A DNA stretch of 59,601 nt. Origin: Candidatus Thorarchaeota archaeon (GTDB taxonomy: Archaea; Asgardarchaeota; Thorarchaeia; Thorarchaeales; Thorarchaeaceae). How positions within the stretch are numbered: position 1 is the stretch's first letter; each line of letters begins with the position of its first letter. The translations under genes and the position numbers were made by a program. The notes under the pieces were generated by a model. The model was not told where the DNA came from and ran no database searches. It was given only the letters and a program-made list of their open reading frames with translations. Shown here piece by piece: positions 47,973 to 57,532 of the stretch. Where the stretch lies: positions 1 to 59,601 of the forward strand of contig JAWOEX010000008.1 in assembly GCA_046482545.1 (NCBI GenBank). Direction: 5' to 3'.

Positions 47973-49487
47973 CTAGAAGCCAAATATCGACGAATACTTA
48001 TCCTCTAGGTAGCTGAGGAACGGTTGGGCTTTCGGACGCTTGCCGACAACTTCCTCAATCAAATCTGCGGGATCGTACAATGACCCATAGTGGTGTACAT
48101 TCTCGATTAGCCATTCCGTCACAGGGGTGACTTTGCCCCGTGTGAGATTCTTCTGCCATTTGGGCATGTCTTTGTTTATCTTTTGTAACCACATACCATC
48201 GTAGACGTTGCCTAGCGCATAAGATGGGAAGTAGCCATAGTATCCAGAGGCCCAGTGAGTGTCTTGCATGACACCCTCTGAGTCATTTTCGACTTCGACT
48301 CCGAGGTACTCATCGTATTTGTCATTCCAGACCTGCGGAAGATCTGATATTTCAATCTCGCCTCCGAAAAGTGCTTTCTCAATCTCAAAACGAATAATGA
48401 CGTGAAGCGAGTATGTAACTTCATCCGCCTCGATTCTTATCTTGGAGGGTTCTACGAGATTAACAGCTTTGGCGAACCTCGACTTGTCAATATCGGAAAA
48501 CAGATCATCTGTTAGCTCATTCAAACGAGGATAATAGTACTCCAAAAATTCTGGTGACCTTCCAACCATATTCTCTATGAATCTTGATTGGCTCTCATGG
48601 ATTCCAAAACTTGCAGCTTGGCCTATAGGCTGATATTTCCAGTCTGGATTCATATTTTGTTCATATAGAGCGTGGCCACCCTCGTGAAGGGCAGCATACA
48701 TCATCCCGACCAAGTTATTCTCTTTGTAGTTGAGAGTGATCCTAACATCATCATAGTAACCGGTTGTGAATGGATGCTCGGTGGGATCTATTCGCCCTAC
48801 TGCTTCGTCTGATGTTGTGTCGTAGCCAATAGTTGTTGCCAAATCCGTGGCGATCTTCTTCTGTGTTTCAATTGGTACTACCCTGTTGAGAAAATCTGTT
48901 TTGACATCGGAAGACACCTCTGCACATTTCTGTGTCAGTGGAACTAGGCCCCTTCTGAGTTCAGAGAATACTGAAGCAATCTTCTCTTTCGTCATTCCTT
49001 TTTCGAAATCATCAATCATGGTATCGTAGACTGATGGCATATCCTTGGCATCCATCAGGATTTCAGCCCGTTCGATTGAAAGCTCTATCGTTTTCTCAAG
49101 TTCAGGCTCAAAGATGCTCCAATCATTCTTCACCTTTGCTTTCTTCCAAGTGTCAACAGAGATGGCCTTCTGCTTACTCAAAGATCCAACGAGATCCTCA
49201 GGTAGAGATGTCTCTTCTTCATACTTCCTTCGGATGAGATGTAGGTTCCGTTTCTGCTCTTTGGTCAGGTCTTCCATTTCCTTCTCTGTTTCCTCAAGGA
49301 GTTTTCCCACCTTCTCACTGGTTGTCATCCTGTGTTCTAGTCTACTCAGCAAAGACATTTGCTCGCTTCTTTGCTTAACGCCCTTGGGAGGTATGTAGGT
49401 TTCCAAATCCCAGTGAATCATTGATTGAACAGAATCAAGTAGAACAATATCGTGAAACTCTTGGAGTAACTTGTGATAAGCATCCAT
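47973..49487 (-). CDS. Carboxypeptidase M32 (Taq family)
   Basis: HPF, DVRIT, HEGGHALYEQ, HESQS, IRIEADE, QDTHW, YFPSYALG. Confidence 0.95.
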   Translation of the reverse strand: MDAYHKLLQEFHDIVLLDSVQSMIHWDLETYIPPKGVKQRSEQMSLLSRLEHRMTTSEKVGKLLEETEKEMEDLTKEQKRNLHLIRRKYEEETSLPEDLVGSLSKQKAISVDTWKKAKVKNDWSIFEPELEKTIELSIERAEILMDAKDMPSVYDTMIDDFEKGMTKEKIASVFSELRRGLVPLTQKCAEVSSDVKTDFLNRVVPIETQKKIATDLATTIGYDTTSDEAVGRIDPTEHPFTTGYYDDVRITLNYKENNLVGMMYAALHEGGHALYEQNMNPDWKYQPIGQAASFGIHESQSRFIENMVGRSPEFLEYYYPRLNELTDDLFSDIDKSRFAKAVNLVEPSKIRIEADEVTYSLHVIIRFEIEKALFGGEIEISDLPQVWNDKYDEYLGVEVENDSEGVMQDTHWASGYYGYFPSYALGNVYDGMWLQKINKDMPKWQKNLTRGKVTPVTEWLIENVHHYGSLYDPADLIEEVVGKRPKAQPFLSYLEDKYSSIFGF

Positions 49488-49542
49488 ACGAGGTGCATCC
49501 TCAATTCTAATCTAGGCAACTAAGAAAGAGCATCTTTCTGTA

Positions 49543-50481
49543 TTATGTGTCTTCCGATGTAACTAAAGCAGTCTTGCTTTTCTCAGAATGGGTTTTAGGA
49601 TAATTTATGACAAGAATCCCCAAAACCACCAGAACGAGGCCTACAATGAAAGTCCAATAGATGGGCTCCTGAAGAAGGAAAATGGAAAGGGACGTTCCAA
49701 AAACAGGAACGAGATTGATGAATACGCTTGTCTGTGTGGCCCCAAGGTTCCTAATCGCGTGAAAGTAGAATAGGAAACTCACGAAAGTAACAAGAATTCC
49801 GAGGAAAGCTACCTGCAACCAGAATACTGGATTGGTCATAGCCGGTAAACTCCAGAACCCTTCAGCTACAGCTCCAGCTGCAAAGAATCCAGCTCCTACG
49901 AAAGTACCTCCTGCGGTGGCTTGGATTGATGACATCTTGTTCATGGCTGCCTTTCCGATAGAAGAATAGATGCCCCAAATAATCATCGCACAGAGGATGA
50001 GCAAATTGCCTATTAGATATTCCAATCTGAAGTTGATCAGGGATTGAACACCGATGACGAAGACGATACCAAGGAAGCTGAGCACAAAACCCACATACCG
50101 CCATCTGGATTCGAGCTCCTCTTTATGGATGATGTGTGCAAAGATGCTAACTGATGCTGGATTGAATCCTGCTATTATCGAACCTTGCGCTGCTGTTGTG
50201 AAGCGCATACCGGTCAGAAAGAGTATCCCGTAGCCAAATATGCCCGTCAGACCAAGTAAGACGAAATAGCCATAATCCGAACGAGAAAGACTGCTATCGA
50301 AAGAATCCTTCCTGAGTAACAGCAGGGGCAAGAAGAATACGGAAGCGATAGCGAACCGGAAAAAGCCTATCGTAAATGGTGGAGCAACGTCTACGAGGAT
50401 TTTGCCTGAAACCCAACTTCCACCCCAGAAGAACATACAGGCAAGTATCATGGCGTAGTACATTCTGTTGCTCTTTGCCAC
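49543..50481 (-). CDS. DMT/EamA family transporter
   Basis: FWGGSW, FFRF, 10 TMs, NLVPVF..LQE. Start GTG 50481 or ATG 50463. Confidence 0.9.
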   Translation of the reverse strand: MAKSNRMYYAMILACMFFWGGSWVSGKILVDVAPPFTIGFFRFAIASVFFLPLLLLRKDSFDSSLSRSDYGYFVLLGLTGIFGYGILFLTGMRFTTAAQGSIIAGFNPASVSIFAHIIHKEELESRWRYVGFVLSFLGIVFVIGVQSLINFRLEYLIGNLLILCAMIIWGIYSSIGKAAMNKMSSIQATAGGTFVGAGFFAAGAVAEGFWSLPAMTNPVFWLQVAFLGILVTFVSFLFYFHAIRNLGATQTSVFINLVPVFGTSLSIFLLQEPIYWTFIVGLVLVVLGILVINYPKTHSEKSKTALVTSEDT

Positions 50482-50633
50482 TTTCGATTCTTCCTCTGTC
50501 TTCTGGGTTGTCCGCCACCATATAACAACTGGGAATTGAACATAGTATTTCATAACTTGGATGTGATTCACCCGGTCGCTATCTTGCTTCACCGAAGACT
50601 TTTTATCGGTTGTGCATACGAGCTGCACAGGCG

Positions 50634-51077
50634 ATGTTGGCGTTGACGGAAGATGAGGAGCTTGCGAAAATACGGAAACGGAAGATGCAGGAGCTCATAA
50701 AACAATCTCAACAGCCAAAGGTTCGAGAACCACTGGCAAAAGGGAAAGTAGAGCATTTGACTGAAAGCGATTTCTGGTCAACCCTCAAGAAGACCAACAT
50801 AGCTCTAGTTGACTTCTATGCGGAGTGGTGTAGTCCTTGCAAAGCGCTTACCCCGATATTCAATCGTTTGGCTCAAGACTACAAGGGCGAAGCGTTTCTG
50901 GCTAAAATAGACATTGATCGAAATCAACGTGCAGCACAGCAGTTTGGGGTTGAATCGGTTCCAATGGTCGTTGTATTCAAGAATGGAGAACCGGTAGGCA
51001 AATTGCCGGGACTGCGTACTTACAATGACTATTCTTCAATCATTGAAAGGCTTCTGGAACAGACATCTTCGGAATAA
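50634..51077 (+). CDS. trxA: Thioredoxin with the archaeal-type N-terminal DEEL..IR helix
   Basis: VDFYAEWCSPCK active site and cis-Pro SVP. Confidence 0.9.
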   Translation: MLALTEDEELAKIRKRKMQELIKQSQQPKVREPLAKGKVEHLTESDFWSTLKKTNIALVDFYAEWCSPCKALTPIFNRLAQDYKGEAFLAKIDIDRNQRAAQQFGVESVPMVVVFKNGEPVGKLPGLRTYNDYSSIIERLLEQTSSE

Positions 51078-51100
51078 CTACTTGACCGAACAAGGTAGTT

Positions 51101-51499
51101 TCAGAGTTCATCTACAATCAAACCAAGCGACTCCAATACTTGACTGGCTCTAACGAGATTCTCTTCCTTCACAAGAATATGGTCAGTTGAATAGGCTGAT
51201 AGAGTAAAGATGGGAAGTCTAGCTTTGGCAAGAGCCTGAGTGATGTGTGCCAAGAATCCTACAACACCAAAGGGTAGTACCATATCGAAAGTGATGATGC
51301 GCCATCCTTTTTCCACTTCAATTACCGGAACATTATCCAAGTTTTCTTCTTCGAGCACCAATGTGATTTCGGTTTGATCTTGCACCACTGCAAAGCAGTC
51401 TTGAACAGGCTCTTCTGATTTTACCACGGCATATTTTTTGGGCCAAACTAATGCTTGACCCCCCTTTATGTATTGATTAAGTTCTCCAGGTTTTGACAT
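51101..51499 (-). CDS. ACT-domain protein (ACT_7 / CASTOR-type)
   Basis: EITLV, GW, VGFLAHITQALA...IFTLSAYSTDHILVK. Confidence 0.85.
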   Translation of the reverse strand: MSKPGELNQYIKGGQALVWPKKYAVVKSEEPVQDCFAVVQDQTEITLVLEEENLDNVPVIEVEKGWRIITFDMVLPFGVVGFLAHITQALAKARLPIFTLSAYSTDHILVKEENLVRASQVLESLGLIVDEL

Positions 51500-51531
51500 A
51501 GTGTTTCATTTCCTCCTACAGATGAGTTATG

Positions 51532-52407
51532 TTATTCACAGAAGGTCTTAGATTTCATGTTATCGATAGATTGCGAAATAACAACTGATGGCATAGCTTT
51601 TGTATTGAGCGCCCAACCGTACTCACCATGCTTATCGACAGCTATGACGCCTGCTTCGCTTCCAGTCTTCTCTTCGAACAAGTCCATGGCTTTCTTACAG
51701 GCTGATTGCACGTCCATGCCCTGTTCTATATATAGCACAACCATTCTTGTCAACTGGACCCGAATGATGTGTTCACCATAACCTGTAGCTGTTGCCCCCG
51801 CTATTTCATTAGCGTATGCCCCAGCTCCGAGAACTGGCGAATCACCCACGCGACCAGGAATCTTATCGGAGATACCTCCTGTAGATGAGGTGGTTGCTAT
51901 ACGTCCCTTCTCATCCACCACAGCACATCCGACCGTATCAGCGGCATCAGCTTGAATTCTTGGTTCTGGATACCCTGGCTCACTTTCTTCTCGATAACCT
52001 TTGTTGATCATTTCCTGATACAGTAATCTGGCTCCTTCTCCGGCTATCTGATTGTATTTCGTCTCTTCCATAACGTATCTAGCAAGTGGGGTTGGGTGTC
52101 GTACGCCCTTTACAGCCATGACTGCTCCTGACTGGAGATTTAGACCATCGACAATCATGGCGTCCAACTCTCTGATTCCATCTATGGTCTTGCGGGCTCC
52201 AACTCCGGCATTGAGATTACCGCATGATTCCATGTATACAGTACAGCCTTCCGCGGCATCGAGAGCTGTACCTCCCTTTTCGAGGATTCTGAATCCTATT
52301 TTCGCAGCTTTCTCTACTTCCTCAAGGCCGATTGGAATGCGTTCATCACTCCATTTCCCTGCTCCGCCGTGTACGATGATTACAGGTAGATTCAATGGTA
52401 TCGCCAC
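51532..52407 (-). CDS. Isoaspartyl peptidase / L-asparaginase (Ntn hydrolase)
   Basis: VHGGAG, NAGVG, D|TVG autocleavage site, STGG, GRVGDSP, ATGYGE. Confidence 0.93.
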   Translation of the reverse strand: MAIPLNLPVIIVHGGAGKWSDERIPIGLEEVEKAAKIGFRILEKGGTALDAAEGCTVYMESCGNLNAGVGARKTIDGIRELDAMIVDGLNLQSGAVMAVKGVRHPTPLARYVMEETKYNQIAGEGARLLYQEMINKGYREESEPGYPEPRIQADAADTVGCAVVDEKGRIATTSSTGGISDKIPGRVGDSPVLGAGAYANEIAGATATGYGEHIIRVQLTRMVVLYIEQGMDVQSACKKAMDLFEEKTGSEAGVIAVDKHGEYGWALNTKAMPSVVISQSIDNMKSKTFCE

Positions 52408-52559
52408 TTAGAAAACATGTCAGTAGACCGCAAGATAGAGCTTACTCTTCCGGCTCTACCTTAGTCTACTGGAAATGCTATACGGTTTGATAGACCTCAC
52501 TTGATATCTGAAACTGTGCTTTTGTTCTTGCCGATTCAGAGAGTCTCTACGGAAATCTG

Positions 52560-52758
52560 GTTATCATCCTCTTCCGAGGACCAAAAAGGGCTCTCATTCG
52601 TGAATGGAAATTGCTCCACAATCTGACAAATAGGTCTCAAGCGCAATGATGACTGAGTCAATCGTGTTACCGACCATTTCATTTTCCACCTACCAGGGTG
52701 GAATGATTGTTTCGCTTCCCTCATATTTCGCGTTTGTTGATTCCTCATTTACTGACAT
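52560..52758 (-). pseudogene. Decayed third copy of the 52760/53743 paralog family (end approximate)
   Basis: ATG 52758 gives MSVNEESTNAKYEGSETIIPPW*VENEMVGNTIDS, aligning with QYTGEETIRF..KRIEE and KYSDKEKTTL..DRIDT. Multiple stops. Confidence 0.35.
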
Positions 52759-52759
52759 A

Positions 52760-53137
52760 CTAGAGTCCCCAGTTATCGACTGGAACATTTTCTGTAGTTG
52801 CACCCGGATCCCCAATTGCCTTAATTAATGAATCAAATTCGAGTTCTGCTTGTTGCTTCTTCGTAGATTCAACAGTCAAGTAAACCTCTGATTTTCCAGG
52901 TTGAATGGTCATTCTGATTCGTTCGCCCATAAAAAACACCCAGAAGCCAAAGCAGTAGTATTCCAAACAGGAACTCTCATTCCAAGACTTTTCCAAAACA
53001 ATCTCTTCAGAGTTCCACTTCTTTATCTCATAGTTTGCTCCCACCGCGCTGTGTAACCACTCTTCTATTCTTTTTTCTACGGGTGGCATTTCTTCGAACT
53101 GTGGGAACCGAATCGTCTCCTCCCCTGTGTATTGCAT
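52760..53137 (-). CDS. Hypothetical protein, paralog A of a tandem family
   Basis: MQYTGEET...WL..VG..YEIKKW..EI.L.KSW...LTVEST shared with the upstream paralog. Start inferred from that alignment. Confidence 0.65.
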   Translation of the reverse strand: MQYTGEETIRFPQFEEMPPVEKRIEEWLHSAVGANYEIKKWNSEEIVLEKSWNESSCLEYYCFGFWVFFMGERIRMTIQPGKSEVYLTVESTKKQQAELEFDSLIKAIGDPGATTENVPVDNWGL

Positions 53138-53284
53138 ATAGCAACCATTCCTGCCAATATGGACTTGCCGATTTGTTTGTCTCTTCAATATATAGAGGTT
53201 TCTTATTTCTGAGCGAGGTTGCCGATTTCTCATTCTCCCCACATTTCGCATCATCTATTCGAGTTTTCGCAGGAAATACCCGTG

Positions 53285-53743
53285 TCAAGAAAAAGAAGGA
53301 GTTTTAGAGTTGGAGACTCTTCCTTCGATAGTTTTTCCAAGTGGATCAAAGGCAATTTCTTTTTCTTCCTTTCGAGTGGACTCGACTGTCAGATTAGCCT
53401 CAGAGTTTTCGAAGAATATGTCAATCCTAATCTGGTCTCAAAAGAAGGCTCGTAGCAAACCTAGATAGATAAAAATCGAAAAAGCAGAAGAGAAAAGGCC
53501 AAACCAAGAAATCTGCCTTGAACATAGATATTCAATAAAGGAAGGCAATGTAATAAGAAGGACGAAAACTATACAAAACCTGTGTATCCATGATTTCTTT
53601 AAAGTGATTTCTTGGGACTCCCATTTCTTGATTTCGTAGTCTTGACCAACATCAGTTCCCAGCCATGTATCAATCCTATCATGAATCTCCGATGCCTCGG
53701 CTGATTGTTGAAGTGTAGTCTTCTCTTTGTCACTATATTTCAT
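53285..53743 (-). pseudogene. Paralog B of the same family, interrupted by an in-frame TGA at 53438-53440
   Basis: After RAFF* the frame continues DQIRIDIFFENSEANLTVESTRKEEKEIAFDPL..., matching paralog A's ERIRMTIQPGKSEVYLTVESTKKQQAELEFDSL. Confidence 0.7.
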
Positions 53744-54186
53744 ATGCCACCAGACCAGCTCTGTGGAATAAGTCATACCAAGATATCGGAATGATTCATG
53801 CTTTTGCTCCTCATTGTCAGGATTCATGCATTTGAATAGTGAGTTTACAGCTCATTCATTCCTCTCAAAACAATTCCACCGACCTTTTCCACAGAGCCCA
53901 CCAGACCTCTACCGCTATTAGTGTGTTAGGCTAGTCATTGATGAATATATTTCTTGGGAGATATTGGGCCCTGTGTGAAAAGTCAACAAAGGAGTAGGGG
54001 AATGGAGTAATCAAATTGCAAAATGCCTGATTTCTACATCATTTCCTTGTTTTGCGATCACTCACATTCATCGGCAAAGACTTTTCACACAGAGTCGAGA
54101 TATTGTTGGTTGTAGTTATGCCTCTGAAAAGCGGATGCTAGGCGTCAAATTTGCAAATCTTCTGGATGGACTAGCACGGTGAAATC

Positions 54187-54669
54187 CTATTCCAATTTGG
54201 GCAGAAACATGCCCGTGCTTTGCTTATATTCCTCATACCTATCACCGAATTTCTCAATCAGCACCGCTTCCTCATATTTCGCTTCATGGTACCATATGCC
54301 TCCAAACACCAGAATAAATGGAATCAGCCAGAATGTCGGAAAGAAGCAAAGAAACGCGATGTTCATCATAAGAATGCCTGTGAAATTCGGGTGTCTAACA
54401 GTAGCAAAGGGACCCGATAAAATCAGGAGATCAACTTCTTGCGGAGCCATTCGAATCTGCGGGATTCGGTGGGTCTTGACGAGTGAATAGATGAACGCGC
54501 CTGTCAATAATAGGCCAATCACGAACAAAGAAATTCTCCAAATGCTTATAGTCAGTTGGAATGTGAGAAGTGCAACTAAGAACAGAACGAAGAAATTTGC
54601 TATTACAAGACGCGGAGGAGAAACATAGAATCCCCGACCACCCGAACTATCGTCACCCATTTTCTGCAA
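54187..54669 (-). CDS. Isoprenylcysteine carboxyl methyltransferase (ICMT/Ste14/PEMT) family protein
   Basis: LILSGPFATVRHPNFTG and EEAVLIEKFGDRYEEYK..TGMFLP. Confidence 0.88.
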   Translation of the reverse strand: MQKMGDDSSGGRGFYVSPPRLVIANFFVLFLVALLTFQLTISIWRISLFVIGLLLTGAFIYSLVKTHRIPQIRMAPQEVDLLILSGPFATVRHPNFTGILMMNIAFLCFFPTFWLIPFILVFGGIWYHEAKYEEAVLIEKFGDRYEEYKQSTGMFLPKLE

Positions 54670-54896
54670 TCTCCAGTTCTACATAGCAAAATACCTGAAA
54701 TAAGGCTTATGCGAAATTCGAATTCACCCTTTTTGAGTAGAGACTATTCTTGCACCTCATTCTATTATGAAGGAAATTTGCCGCGCTTTTGCTAAGTCAA
54801 TTGATATGTGTTGTAGGAAAAGCTGAGCAGGATATAGTTGAATCCAGTCTTCTACAATCACAAAACTCAAAGCCTTGTTCAGCTAGCTATCAAAAT

Positions 54897-56756
54897 ATGC
54901 CTTCTGGAAGTGGGTTTGAACGTTACCTTGCTGTTGAGACTGCTGGAGGAGCTGTTTGGCATCCTGAAAACAACAAGATTGCTTTTACCTACAATGCTCC
55001 CGGTGTTTACCAGATTTACACGGTGGGTATTACGCGAGGAAAAGCCTTGTGGCCTACTCGATTGACCTTTGAAGAAGATCGATGCACGGGCCCTCGTTAC
55101 CTAAGTGACGGTACATTGATGTTCACACGAGATTATGCGGGAGACGAAAATTTTCAGTTTGGTCTTCTCGATGGCTATGAGCTGGAATGGATTACCGACG
55201 ATTTGGAAGCAAAACACAGAATCACTTCTTTAACAGATAACGCCATCTACTATATTGCTAATATAGAAAATAAAGCACGTCTAGATATCTATCGAAGAGA
55301 AATACCGATTTCTGCATCCGAACCGGAGCTGCTATACAAACCCACCGAAGGCATAGTACTACCCCGAGCCATTTCTTCTGATGAATCAATGCTGATTCTT
55401 GACAAATATAGAGGGAATGTAGATCAAGAACTACTTCTTCTGGATAGGAAAGAACAGACCGTTCGAAGCCTCACCGCGGACCTTTCGAAAGGCAAGAAGA
55501 TTCGATGGGAATCAGCTAGATGGATTGACTCCAATAATATTCTCGTGCTGAGTGACTTGGAATCTGACACAAGGCAGCTCGCAGTTCTTGGTTTGGATGG
55601 AACCTTCAGGGCAATAGAAGATACAGAGCCCCCTATCAAGCACGAAGTGGAGGAAATTGCCTACGCCGAGGACGATCCTTTCACGTACTTCACTGAGAAT
55701 GCAGAAGGTTTCAGTCAGATATACCGTGGGCGATTCCATGCAGATGCATCCATTGGGGAACTTGAGCGACTTGACGCTCCGTTGAAGGGTGTAGTGGCGT
55801 CAGGAGATGCTAGATCATTTCAGAGAGGACTGAGTGTTTCTCCCAATGGTCAGTACTTGGCAATGACTCTAAGTGCTGCAAACCAGCCGACTAACATTTG
55901 GATTATTGAATTAGACGATCGCCTAGCCTGGAAAGCTACTGACGTTAGCACCGCTGGTCTTGACCCTGATTCTTTTGTCGATACATCGCTTCGAGATTAC
56001 AGCAGCTTCGATGATTTGACTGTACCATACTTCCAGTACCTCCCTGACGAAGAGACGCCGAAGCACGGATGGCCAGCGATATTGGTTATCCACGGAGGCC
56101 CAGAATCGCAAATCCGGCCAGGTTTCAGCCCCGTGATACAGTTCATGTTGTCTTCTGGTTATGCGGTTGTGACGCCAAACATAAGGGGCAGTACTGGGTA
56201 TGGCCGTGAGTATATGGACCTAGACAACGTAGAGAAACGGCTAGATTCCATACACGATATTCAGCAGCTTGCACTTCATCTCAAGAACGATGTTGATGCT
56301 ATCAATGGTGACCAGCTAATCATCTATGGAGGAAGTTACGGTGGCTTTGCAGTGTTGTCTTCCATCACAGAATACCCGGACCTTTGGACTGCCGCTGTTG
56401 ATATCGTTGGAATCAGCAACTTCGTGACTTTTCTGAGAAATACCGCAGACTGGAGAAGAAGCCTCAGGGAAGCAGAATATGGCAGTCTCGAAGACGATAT
56501 GGAAACGTTGAAGGAAATTTCACCGATACACAAAGTCGATAAAATTGAATGTCCGCTGTTCATCATCCAGGGCGAAAACGATGAGCGTGTGCCACTGTCC
56601 GAATCAATCCAGATCTATGAAGAAGTCAAAGCGAAGGGTATCCCAGTGGAGCTTCTGCGGTACCCAGATGAAGGCCATGGGTTGTCAAAACTGAAAAATC
56701 GAATTGATGCCTATTCACAAGTGCTAGAATGGTTAGATGAAATTGTGGAGAAATGA
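54897..56756 (+). CDS. S9 family serine peptidase (acylaminoacyl/dipeptidyl peptidase-like) with beta-propeller
   Basis: IHGGPE, NIRGSTGYG, GGSYGG, QGENDERVP, DEGHG. Confidence 0.93.
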   Translation: MPSGSGFERYLAVETAGGAVWHPENNKIAFTYNAPGVYQIYTVGITRGKALWPTRLTFEEDRCTGPRYLSDGTLMFTRDYAGDENFQFGLLDGYELEWITDDLEAKHRITSLTDNAIYYIANIENKARLDIYRREIPISASEPELLYKPTEGIVLPRAISSDESMLILDKYRGNVDQELLLLDRKEQTVRSLTADLSKGKKIRWESARWIDSNNILVLSDLESDTRQLAVLGLDGTFRAIEDTEPPIKHEVEEIAYAEDDPFTYFTENAEGFSQIYRGRFHADASIGELERLDAPLKGVVASGDARSFQRGLSVSPNGQYLAMTLSAANQPTNIWIIELDDRLAWKATDVSTAGLDPDSFVDTSLRDYSSFDDLTVPYFQYLPDEETPKHGWPAILVIHGGPESQIRPGFSPVIQFMLSSGYAVVTPNIRGSTGYGREYMDLDNVEKRLDSIHDIQQLALHLKNDVDAINGDQLIIYGGSYGGFAVLSSITEYPDLWTAAVDIVGISNFVTFLRNTADWRRSLREAEYGSLEDDMETLKEISPIHKVDKIECPLFIIQGENDERVPLSESIQIYEEVKAKGIPVELLRYPDEGHGLSKLKNRIDAYSQVLEWLDEIVEK

Positions 56757-56779
56757 ACGCACCGGTTAGGTGATGATGT

Positions 56780-57394
56780 GTGAGAGAAACAGCGATTGTA
56801 TTCTGCTTGATACTCACGGGATACTTGGTTATCCTGCCTGCAACGCAGTTCGAACCAGTGACTTACAGTGATGATGGAGTCAGCGTTTCTGTAAGCATCG
56901 AAACAGAAACACCGTGGATTACTCCCTTTGATGAATTTGTCAATGTTAGTGTGCAGGTAGTCCCAGGAGAAGAAAACGTTTCACAGACCAATATCACAAG
57001 AGTATCGTTGTTTGTTCACACTTCTGAAGGGGATTCGGGAGATCTCGTGCTGGCTGCTACAAGCAACTACGAAGAATCACCTATTGCTAGCGGCGAATCA
57101 AGTGCGGATGTGAATTATACATTTAGAATGAAGGGAAGCCAAAGTGGCAGCGAATCCTACTTCAGCTTGAGTGTTCAAGGTTCTTACCGAAATGAAAGCG
57201 GAATATATCCTTATCATGCATTATCCTCTGAGACGCTTATTGGGCCATTTAGGATTACAAGAGGAATATACTCAATTCAGTCGCTCGTTGGCATCGCCGT
57301 TGCAGCGGTCTCGACAATTCTCATAGCCATCGCGATAATCGCCTTCAGAAGAAGCCAGAAACCTAAGCGGAGGAAGACTCTCTTGGAAGAGTAG
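56780..57394 (+). CDS. Hypothetical exported protein with a C-terminal TM anchor
   Basis: N-terminal hydrophobic signal, beta-rich body, TM plus RRSQKPKRRK. Confidence 0.7.
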   Translation: MRETAIVFCLILTGYLVILPATQFEPVTYSDDGVSVSVSIETETPWITPFDEFVNVSVQVVPGEENVSQTNITRVSLFVHTSEGDSGDLVLAATSNYEESPIASGESSADVNYTFRMKGSQSGSESYFSLSVQGSYRNESGIYPYHALSSETLIGPFRITRGIYSIQSLVGIAVAAVSTILIAIAIIAFRRSQKPKRRKTLLEE

Positions 57395-57532
57395 AGATAG
57401 CAGAGGTTAAGCTTCTTTCGGAAAGAAAACATGTTTTCTCATTTGCATATCCAAGTTGGCCTCTGGGTCTTGGTTCCCCGTTTCGATGCCTTCATAAGAC
57501 ACATACTTAGAATCTGAGAATGGCGAGTCAGG

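Noticed and set aside
23132-53440. Genome-wide TGA=Gly recoding, suggested by two in-frame TGAs at apparent Gly positions (23132, 53438)
   Set aside because: TGA clearly terminates many intact genes here, including stop/start overlaps (ATGA at 20705-20708 and 36602-36605, GTGA at 37891-37894). Point mutations or errors are more parsimonious.
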